63,084 nucleotides of DNA from Chiloscyllium plagiosum (taxonomy: Eukaryota), in NCBI RefSeq assembly GCF_004010195.1, contig NW_025215097.1, positions 1 through 63,084 of the forward strand, written 5' to 3'. Shown piece after piece: positions 53,439-63,084 of the stretch. The position numbers were made by a program, and so were the translations under genes. The first letter of the stretch is position 1, and the number at the start of each line of letters is the position of its first letter. A model generated the notes under the pieces. That model saw only the letters and a program-made list of their open reading frames with translations, made no database searches and was not told the DNA's origin.

Positions 53439-54070
53439 GCGTCATAGAATCACAGAGGTGTGCATCACCGAAACTTCAGTCCAGTTGACCTTTTGGTTGT
53501 CTAAATTACCTAGTCCCATTTGCCAGCACTTGACCCATATCCTTCTAAACCCTTGCTAATCATGTACCCATCCAGATGCCTTTTAAGTGTTATAATTGTA
53601 CCAACCTCCAACACTTCCTCTGGCAGTTCATCCATACACACACCACCATTTGCCTCCTAGGTTTCTTTTAAGTCTTCCCCTTTTTGGCCTAAATCTATGC
53701 CACCTAGTTCTGGACTCCCCCAACCCAGGAAAAAGACCTTGTCTATTTACCCGATCAATGCCTCACATGATTTTATAAACCTCTATAAGGTCATCCCTCA
53801 GCCTCTGATGCTCCAGAGAAAACAGCCCCAGCCTATTCAGCCACTCCCGAGAGCACAAACCCTCCAACCCTGACCACATCCTTATAAATCTTTTCTGAAC
53901 TCTTTCACGTTTCACAACATCCTTCCCATAGGAGGAAAACCAGAATTACACACAATATTCCAAAATTGGCCTAACAAATGTCATGTACAGCCACAACATG
54001 ACCTCCCATCTCCTGTACTCAATGCTCTGACCAATAAAGTAAAGCATACTAAATGACTTCTTCACTATCG
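53439..54070 (-). mobile_element. CR1 (HER1-like) 3' end
   Basis: Reverse tail GTCATAGAATCACAGAGGTG and ORF2 C-terminal remnants. Confidence 0.88.
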
Positions 54071-54538
54071 TATACATTTAAATTCATGTACTTAGTGCCT
54101 TAAAACCACAATGGCTTATAACAATGCAAGTTGGAATTCATATTCCTACTTCACAGAGTCTACAAACACATATGGCTAGCAAGCAAGCTGTTAAATGGCA
54201 GACATCCCACTGTAATAATGAATTGTTGCTAAATCAGTCATGTAGCAGTAACTAAGTAATGGAAGTCCTCAGGCTAATGTCAATAAATGTTTTTGTTTAA
54301 TTACTAGATACTTCCCAAATATTTTGAAGTGTGGGGCTTTTACATTCCTCCTCAGATACTTTTGACAGTTCCTCTTGATACTTTTGACATGCTCCCTTGA
54401 CAGTTTTGACAAGTCAGTTTGATGGATCCTCTTGACAGTTTTAACTCTTGATTTTGAAGATAAGTTGGTAGTTCTGATGAGCTGACAGTTAATAAGATTA
54501 TGCACTTTTCTACACATTCATGCCTACATTTAATAACT

Positions 54539-54731
54539 GTAAAATAAAGTTCTTAGTGACTACTTAAATTTTCATTATACTGAAAAAATGTCCTGATTCA
54601 TAAGAACCAATTTACTACAATTATAGCGTCATAGAATCACAGAGGTGTGCATCACCGAAACTTCAGTCCAGTTGACCTTTTGGATGTCTAAATTACCTAG
54701 TCCCATTTGCCAGCACTTGACCCATATCCTT
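54539..54731 (+). repeat. 193-bp direct duplicate of 53352-53544
   Basis: Identical except for one visible substitution (GGTTGT vs GGATGT). Confidence 0.95.
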
Positions 54732-55051
54732 GGTGGGCGGCACGGTGGCACAGTGGTTAGCACTGCTGCTTCACAGCGCCAGAGACCCGGGTTCAGTTCC
54801 CGCCTCAGGCGACTGACTGTGTGGAGTTTGCACGTTCTCCCCGTGTCTGTGTGGGTTTCCTCCGGGTGCTCCGGTTTCCTCCCACAGTCCAAAGATGTGC
54901 AGGTCAGGTGGATTGGCCATGCTAAATTGCCCCTAGTGTTAGGTACGGGGTACATGTAGGGGTATGGGTGGGTTGCGCTTCGGCGGGTCGGTGTGGACTT
55001 GTTGGGCCGAAGGGCCTGTTTCCACACTGTAAGTAATCTAATCTAATCTAA
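54732..55051 (+). mobile_element. Young full-length HE1 SINE
   Basis: CpG-rich; intact A-box (GGTGGCACAGTGG) and B-box-like GGTTCAGTTCC; (TAATC)n tail. Confidence 0.95.
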
Positions 55052-56257
55052 TTGACTCATCAAAGGTTCCCTGGAACCATACTCAAAGCAACATGGCTAT
55101 CCAAAAGAGCTTCACAAAGTTCAGAACTGCTCTTACCTAGTCTAACTCTACACATTTTTGGTTATGCAATCCTGCATTACCAAAGTCCAACTTGGGTGGA
55201 GGCAGTTGATGATTTAAATGGCTAGCTGTTTCTGTCAACCATGCAAGCATGAAACACAACTCAGCAACTTCCTGCCCTGTGAAGAAGAGATGAGTTGTGT
55301 TCATGGGTGATTTCATCTGCAATTTTTGCCACAATGGAGAGGCGGTCCTTTATTGCAAAAATGCATGCTTAGGTATCAGACTTAGGATCTTCCTGGCCCA
55401 GCAGTTCAATGCTGCACTGAGGAGAATAGTTACTAACTGGCTATTCATTGGATATAGTACAGTCTTTTCCATGCCATGATCATAATGTAACATGGTTTAT
55501 TTAATTTTTTTCCAACCAAATGACCACAAACTCTATATAGTTGATGCAAAGTTATTAATGTAGATGTACAAATAAGCTGTCGATTTCATGTGAAGCATGC
55601 AAGTGACTCTCAACATCCATTTTTTACTTAAAAGTAATCTTGGAGGGTACATTAAAAATTATTTTACAGATTTTCATGAATATGCATTCATCATGAGTAT
55701 AAATAATATATCCTAAAAGAACAATATTAAATATTTATGAAATCCTTTGGGGAAATCAGTACTTTCACCAACTACTTCAATCCCTTGTATGAAGCCAAAT
55801 CTTCTTTACTTAGACTGAACAGAAAACTGCTACAAGGCAATATCATTAACTGCTACAATATGAATCATTAACAAATATGCAGCTAATAGTCTCAAGATTT
55901 ATGTTACATTTGTCTCTCTGCAACCTCAAAGACACATACTCTTACTCAGGTGCAGGTCTATGAGCAACTTCAGTTCATTGGTGTCCTTCTCCAGTAGATA
56001 CATCTCGCAAATGTTGACTTCTGAACATGAGCAGTGAGGGATCAACTGTGTGAGACATTATATTGGGCTTTGATCCTAAGTATAATTCTATTCTTCTCAT
56101 CTAATATCCACATTTTCCAGCAAACATCACTTAATAGTTGTCAGGAAAGAAATTTTTTTAATAATATTTTCTTAGCTACCACCTTGTGTCCCCTACTCCA
56201 TTTATCTCTTTCTTTTACCTTTTCAGTTCACTCTTCTCTTTTTCGCATCTGTTATTT

Positions 56258-56365
56258 GAACCAAAGCCAAATGTAGCACCCAACTGCTGTGCCTGAATGA
56301 GATTAGCTGAGAATCAAACAGGAGCTTTCTATCTGTATAATTTGGTATCTTACCATTCCATGGGA
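56258..56365 (-). mobile_element. LF-SINE-like head remnant
   Basis: GCCAAATGTAGCACCCAACTGCTG...TGAGATTAGCT...ATCAAACAGGAGC...TCTGTAT. Confidence 0.45.
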
Positions 56366-57929
56366 CTTTGAAATGTTTCTACTTTTTTATGAGATTACCT
56401 GTGCAGGGATTCATTAAATTGCAAACTACTCAATTCAATTGAAACATCTGTTTCTTACGAGTTCTTATTTTAACCTGATCAGGTTCTGATGTTTATATGG
56501 TATTTTTATGACTTTCTGGCACTACTTTAAAACATAACCCTCCCATTCTTGATTAGCAACATTTTGGCTAAAGATCAACATTTTACAATTTGTGACATTT
56601 GTGGGTTGAGATTTACTTGTATAATTGCTTCAACCTGGTACAAGATGAGAGGGCTTTCTGAAGTCACTGTCATTCAATGTTTTTGACGTCCTACATAATT
56701 CAATACAGAGAGATTATTCAAAAAGGAGAAAATGAAAGATGAAAAGAAACAAAGGGGAGTGGAGAAAAGAGGCAAGACGAGACGAGTGGGAGAAGGGGAC
56801 AGAAGGTGACAGATAAGAGGAATATTGCAAAAACCCTAAAGTCTGAAAATAAATTTGGCAATTGTCAGGAATCTCTAGATTGAATCAATTTTGCTTTAAA
56901 GTAAAATCTGTATTAGAAGTTGCTGGACAATTTCAGGTCAATGTCCCTCATTAAAAATCATCCAAACTAATGATCTTTGTGTAAGTAACCTGAAATATAG
57001 ACAGAATATTTGGAATTATAATTTAAACGAAATGTCAGTGAAGCACTAGCAGAGATTGAGGCTTATCCACAGCCTTTAACAATTAACCACATTTAGTGAC
57101 CTAGAAGGTGGAGAGAACTTGTAGAATGACTGAACAAAATGTTAACCTGTTGCTGTGATTATTCACATTACTTCACTGTTAAGTGTAGTTTTTTTAAAAT
57201 AAAATGTTCCATTTCTTAAGTGCTGTAACTGCATAGTATTGTAATTTATAAATTTTATTTTTGCTGTACTTTTTGTAGTTCCCTATTGTGCTGCAGCTTA
57301 CAAGATGCATGATCAAGAGTTCAGGCAGTCTGAAGTAAATATTTGTGGTCCTTTTTCTGCTTCTATGTAGGATGTAATGATGGACAGAGAAACATTCTAG
57401 CTGTATTAATTTAGGTTTTCTGTTGACAAGGGCGTAGTTGACACTATTTATTTAGCGAGTTTCCAAGCATAAAGCGGCTGCTAAGAAGACTGTACTGTGG
57501 ATCGCATATCCATTAATGATTCTCTTATGGAGTAACTCCATGCGTTGTAGCAGCAGTTTCAGTAGCTCCTTAGCACACAATGAGCAGTTTCAAGCAAGTT
57601 CAGAGCATTTTCATTATCAGTAGTTGGAAATATGCCTGCAAAGGTTCCCTGCCTAATAAGATCCTGAACGTGCTCCTTCAGGAACCTTCAGTTGAGGTAA
57701 CCAGTCATTTATGAAAGCTGAACAAAGTGTGCATTCAGGGTTCAGTTGCAATTTGACACAACATGAAATTTAGCATTTAGCTTTCACTCCCTAACATAAT
57801 AATACATTTATATTGTGCATTCATATAAAATATTTCACATATAACTCTACACACACACACATATATACATATTTATCATTAGACACAAACTACTGGTATA
57901 ACATGCATCATGATTTCACATAAAATCAT

Positions 57930-59340
57930 AACATCATAAGAATAAGAGAAGTTTTTGTTTTATTGGTCCATCAAGCCTCCTCCACCACTCAGTGAGATCC
58001 TGACTGTTCTGATTGTGGCCTGAATTCCATTTTATTGTCTGTACCCCATAACTAATGTCAACCAAAAGTCTGTCCAACTTAACTTTAAATACATTCAATG
58101 ATCTAGCCTGGCCTTCTCCCTGTGGAACAAATCACCAAAGATGAAGTGCATACAAACTAAGCATAGAGTTGAAAAGCATACAGACTGAGAGCACACCACG
58201 CATAGGAAAATACAAATTAGAAGCATGAGTAAGCCATTTGTCCCCTCAAACTTGCTCTGTCATTTGATAAAATCGTTTCATAATATTGTGGTCTAACTCC
58301 ATTTTCCTGTGTACCATTTTTAACCTTAGACTTTCATGTCAATCAGTAATCTATGTAACTCAACTTTTGAATATATTCTACAATTCTCTGGGGACAGAGA
58401 ATTCCACAGAGTAATGAGATCCTGAGGGAACAAGTTTCTATCATAAATGGTTCACTCCCTCTTTTTAACCTATGCATCTTGCCCCTGTCCTAGACTACTG
58501 GATGAAAGGAAACATACTCTGCCATTGTTTCTCTACCATGTTAACTTTCAACCTACTTTTCCAGTCCACTTCCAGCCAACTCTGTCCTCATACTTTTGTC
58601 ATTGTCTTTATTTAAATTTAAGACACTGGTTTTAATTCCACTCCCCCCAACCAACACCAAACTTTATGTGAAATTCTATCATTTTAAGATCATTGTCACA
58701 AAAATGATTCTTTGTACTGAAGTAAATTATTAATTTAGTCCCATTCCAAATTGCCAGGTTGAAATAGTCCATTGTTTTGTTGGTTGACAATGTGTTGTTA
58801 TAAAGCACTGTCCTAAAAACGCTCCCTGAACTCATCCTCCATGTTACCTCTGCCAATTTGATTTTCCCAATCCATATGAAGATTGACATCTCCACAAATG
58901 TTGAAATACCTTTCTTACAGGTGTCAGCATTTCCCAATGAACACCCATCCTACAGTATAGTTACTATCAGGAGACCTTTTCTCATCAATTACCTAGTTCC
59001 TTTGCTCTTTCTTATCTCAAACCAAACCAATTCTGCATTTGATGCTCTGAACAAAATCATTTCCTTCCGGCCTTCCTGATCTCAATCTTGATTTACAGAG
59101 GTACAGCACCACTTTTTCCTTTCCTCCACTTTTTCCTTCCAAAATGTCAAATACCCTAGAATTTTCAGATTCTAGCCAGGAGAACTTTTGCAAACAAATC
59201 TACAATGGATATCATATTGGATTCATAGTACAATCAATTCATCCATCCTGATGTGAATGATGAATGCATTCAGATGAGGAGAGTTTTTAGTATAGTCTAT
59301 TTTTACTATTTTTCCCTATTGTGACATTACTTGCTAGCAC
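57930..59340 (-). mobile_element. Old CR1 remnants (two 3' tails plus an ORF2 5' region)
   Basis: Tails near 57935 and 58200 (GCCATTTGTCCCCTCAAACTTGCTCTG); degraded APE-region sequence further right. Confidence 0.5.
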
Positions 59341-59380
59341 ACTTATGCTTGTATGCTCCATCCATTCCTGTCATACTCTG

Positions 59381-59592
59381 ATTTGGAGATGCCGGTGTTG
59401 GACTGGGGTGTACAAAGTTAAAAATCACACAACACCAGGTTATAGTCCAACAGGATTAATTGGAAGCACACTAGCTTTCGGAGCAATGCTCCTTCATCAG
59501 GTGATAGTGAAGGAGCATTGCTCCGAAAGCTAGTGTGCTGCCAATTAAACCTGTTGGACTATAACCCCCTGGTGTTGTGTGATTTTTAACTT
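59381..59592 (-). mobile_element. Palindromic Penelope-like insert, family C
   Basis: TSD TGT(C/T)ATACTCTG at 59369-59380 and 59593-59604; near-perfect arms of about 80 bp. Confidence 0.88.
59469..59503 (-). ncRNA. Minimal type I hammerhead ribozyme motif (intact core)
   Basis: Minus strand reads CAC-CUGAUGA-A-GGAGC-AUU-GCUCC-GAAA-GCU-A-GUG: stem I CAC/GUG, stem II GGAGC/GCUCC, palindromic AGCU in place of stem III. Confidence 0.75.
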
Positions 59593-61789
59593 TGTTATAC
59601 TCTGGTTATCATTAACTGCAGTGCTATCTTGAACTATTGCATTGATCTTCCTCTTTAACTTTTCAAATATCTCCAAGTGAACTCCATCCTCATTATTTAA
59701 TTTAAAGTTTTCTCTAGAACCCTAGTTATATAATTCACAACTACTCTGGTCCCATTGCAATTCACGTGAAATAAAACCAAAACGAAAATTGGAAAGTTTC
59801 AGCAGGTCACTTTTTCTTTTTCTCCTTGTTTCAGATTTCCAGGATTTGCAGTATTTTGCTTTAATATTAGCAGGTAAGATCCTAACAATACAGTTCCCCT
59901 TTTTTCCCAGTATTGTTATCAATGTCTGTTGAGTCAAAACCCATCTCACACATCAATCTTTGAACCAGGCATTCAAATCTCTGCTCTTATTTTATCCGAG
60001 GTTAATTTGCTTGTAACTCAGAGATTACCTTTGCTGTTCTGCTTTATAATTAAATCCCTAGCTTCTCAAAATCTCGTAACAGGATCTCCTTCTTCCTCCT
60101 CACTATGTGACTGGTACCCCTCCTACTCCAATTTCCCCTCCAACATTGAGAAGATGTTCTTAACCCTGGCACTATGCAAGTAACGTATTATTTGGGATTT
60201 ACAATGCAGAGAACAGTCTCTATCCCACTAACTATATTGTCCCTACTGCAACTACATTGTCACTCTTCCTACTAGAATTGCCTGTTGTACTTGATATAAT
60301 ATGCTTCCATCCAATTTACTATACTGCTTTATTTTATATTCAAAATAACTCCTGAAAACTGTAAGTTTTTTTGGCAATTAATACAGACACCAGCTCATTG
60401 ATCACATGGTGAGGCCTGTATCACTGATGTTTTTCAGAATCAGAAACAATAGAACAGATACTAAACAAATGCTGCAGCTCTAATTTTTCCATCGAGCACA
60501 AGCTTCAGCTTCCTGACAGATAAAGAAATAATATAAGTTTTGGTGGCAAATTATCCAACCAAATGTCTAACCCATTAATTTGTTGTCCTATCCATCATGG
60601 CATAAATATTTGATGCTCAAAAATGCCATACTGTGAGCTTGCAGGGCCTTTCACTCCTATAATCATGCCAAAAGGAGTTACCAGTCTTTCCATCAGAAGA
60701 AACATTGACTTTCTCTACAGGAAAATAGGAGGTAAAATTATCTTCTAGTGTCAAGACCAAGAACAGAAACAAGAAGAAGCATTTTTCTAAATCATTTTAG
60801 ACTTATTGTGTATGATGACTTATTCTATTTTTTAAACTTATATGTTTACTTTCTGTCTTTTATTATAACTTTCCACAAGGGTTTGTAGTGATTCCAATTT
60901 CAGCTTAATATTTCCCAGCTTTCTGTTTTTTTTTTCGGGGGAGGTTATTTTCCAGTTATTTCTTTGCTCTCAGGAAAAAGACCATATGTGAAACAGTTGG
61001 GCTGCATTAAAAAAAAGACAGCTAGATCTCTGCAAGATACTAGTTTCTTTGGCACAGCCAAAAACCTTTTGGTTTTCTGTTGTGCTAATAAAGCTAACTA
61101 CGCTTTGTTGAAAAATCTAGGCGAGACTCCTACAGATTGGGAATTCTAAGAGTGAAAAGGGTGAACGAGATGAGACAAATTAAGAAAGAGTGATTAGAAA
61201 TAACCGACTATACAAAAAAGATAAATACAGAACATTCCTGCAAGTTAAACAATAACAATAACTCAAAGAAAGTGCTGGTCTAAACTGGAACATAGAATAT
61301 TTAGGACTAACGTCAATCAAACAAAGTTCTAAAGGGCAAGTGCAGGAAAGAACTGGAGAGTAATTTTTAAATAATTGAACACTTTGGTAGCATTGGGAAT
61401 GGTGACAACATAACTCTGGGCAGAGTTTTCACATATTCTTTTCAAATGTAGACGAGAGTGTGTTAGCTGTTGATTAACACATCGCCCCCACTGGTGATAT
61501 CACTCTTCCAATTGCCGGTCAATTAGCTTATTAGGAGCTGTCAGACAAGTGAGGGCAAGAATCTTGCCTTATCGCAGGCCTTAACATTGGTGAATGGAAT
61601 TGCCAAAAGCTGCCAGCCAATCAGAAGCCAGCAGCTTCTGGGCCCTAAACATTGCCGGTTGAGAGCTAAACCTAGTGGAATCCAATGGCAAGAAGTAAGT
61701 ACGTTACTTTATCTTCCTTTAGTGGGGTGTGTTGCAGATAGAGGGATTTCAGGATTGTGGGGAGGCGGGGGTTTTGGAACCATTATAAA

Positions 61790-61972
61790 TATATGTTTAA
61801 GGTACAAGTAGACTATTGCATCCATTTTTTTCACTACAATTTACAAAGGATGAAATAGTTTTTGAGATGTTGCAGAGGGTTTTGACCAGAATGGTTCCAG
61901 GGATAAGAAAATAAAAGGTTAAGTTAGTATTACTGCCTTTGCAGCAAAGAAGTTTGAAGGGTGATCTAATAG
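61790..61972 (+). mobile_element. Old CR1 ORF2 C-terminal fragment
   Basis: TTGCAGAGGGTTTTGACCAGAATGGTTCCAGGGAT...TTGAAGGGTGATCTAATAGAG. Confidence 0.6.
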
Positions 61973-61976
61973 AGCC

Positions 61977-62326
61977 CGTCATAGAGATGTTCAGCACGGA
62001 AGCAGACCCCTTGGTCTAACTCATCCATACCTAGCAGATATCCTAAATAAATCCAGTCCCATTTGCCAGCATCTGGCTCATATCCTTCTAAACCCTTCCT
62101 GTCCATATACCTATCCAGATGCCTTATAAATGTTGGAAATATAGCAGCCTCCGCCACTTCCTCTGGCAGCTCATTCCATACACACACCACCCTTCGCATG
62201 AAATAGTTGCTCCTTAGATCCCTTTTAAATCTTTCCCCTCTCACTCTAAATCTATGCCCTTTTCTTTTGGACTCCTGCACCCCAGGGAGAAGTCCTTGTC
62301 TATTTACCCTATCCATGCCCCTCACT
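61977..62326 (-). mobile_element. CR1 (HER1-like) 3' end
   Basis: RGMDRVNRQGLLPG...VWNELPEEV; reverse tail GTCATAGAGATG. Confidence 0.9.
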
Positions 62327-63065
62327 ATTTTTTGCCTAAAGAGTTGGAAGGATATGCCTCTCCAACAAGCATTGCTGCATAATCATTCTGTTTCAATAAA
62401 CATCAATGGTTGGAATTGATAAACATTCCTTAGGAAATAGCCTTGCCTCAGAGAGATGCCAGTCAATCAGATTGGCTGGAAGAACTGTTGTCCCTGCGGT
62501 ATTACTAGGAGCAGTGCCTACCACTGGGTTTGGAAGTAATCTCCCAGTCTAAATACTGGAGATCACAGGACTAAGTAAGTGTGGGGTCTCGCATTAGGGA
62601 TAGAGCAAGGCCCAGGGTCAGTAGAGAGAGAGAGAGGGGGGGGAGTTTGCTATTGAACGCCCAGGGAGCAGTCCTAAAGGAATTGATATTTGCTTGGAAT
62701 GCCCAATCTGGAAGTGGGCAGTAGTGGAAATAGTTTCCCCCACTTTACTGCCTAAGACCTGAGTAGGAAGATCTGCAAGGCCTCTCCATCATTCCTGAAC
62801 TTATTTACGTCTGTAGCAGTTGACCATCAAAGTATCTCAGTTGGGCAAAGAATGAACAGGCCAACCTAGGTCTTGTCAAACTCCAAAAAACTGTGGACAC
62901 GTTGAGGGTAGTAGGGTAGTACAGGATGACCATCTGGAAAATTTAATGGACTCTCCCATTGCAAACCTAAAGTATTGCTATCAGTTTTATGAGGGAATGA
63001 TGGCAAACACTGACTGTTTTGCCACCATAATAACCACAAAATTCAGGCCACTGAATCCTTCTATT

Positions 63066-63084
63066 TAGTTTAGATTAGATTACT
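63066..63084 (-). mobile_element. Tail of an HE1 SINE running off the window
   Basis: TTAGATTAGATTACT matches the reverse tails at 2603 and 42770. Confidence 0.6.

Noticed and set aside
54732..54810. tRNA gene
   Set aside because: A/B boxes belong to SINE heads followed by SINE bodies; no complete cloverleaf
57450..57590. hAT transposase-like peptide (KELLKLLLQR..FLAAALCLETR)
   Set aside because: Similarity too weak; the diagnostic LDPR motif is absent
59381..59592. Palindromes as MITEs or miRNA precursors
   Set aside because: Asymmetric tails, variable centres, 12-14 bp TSDs and hammerhead cores fit Penelope-type retro-insertion better; there is no expression evidence for miRNA

Overview
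Repeat-rich, CpG-depleted, AT-rich vertebrate genomic DNA. HE1 SINEs and HER1/CR1 LINEs point to an elasmobranch (shark); a carpet or bamboo shark is a guess. No recognisable host protein-coding gene was found, and almost all listed ORFs are LINE/SINE fragments or chance ORFs. The window contains many CR1-clade LINE fragments (one reaching back to the ORF1 esterase), HE1 SINEs, older DeuSINE-like and LF-SINE-like SINEs, RTE and L2 remnants, and degenerate tandem repeats. The most notable signal is about 10 short inserts from at least 3-4 unrelated sequence families, mostly palindromic. They share one architecture: 12-14 bp target-site duplications, a 34-35 nt single-sided tail, and a minimal hammerhead ribozyme core (CUGANGA-A-stem II-GAAA with a palindromic tetramer) near the inversion centre. 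This fits Penelope-like-element-derived ribozyme hairpins; one copy at 59469-59503 has an intact core. Other oddities are three local duplications tied to SINEs (74, 193 and 91 bp), a LINE copy carrying a SINE-type head, and several exon-like segments on the minus strand. Family names come from recalled consensus sequences, not searches, and boundaries of old repeats are approximate.
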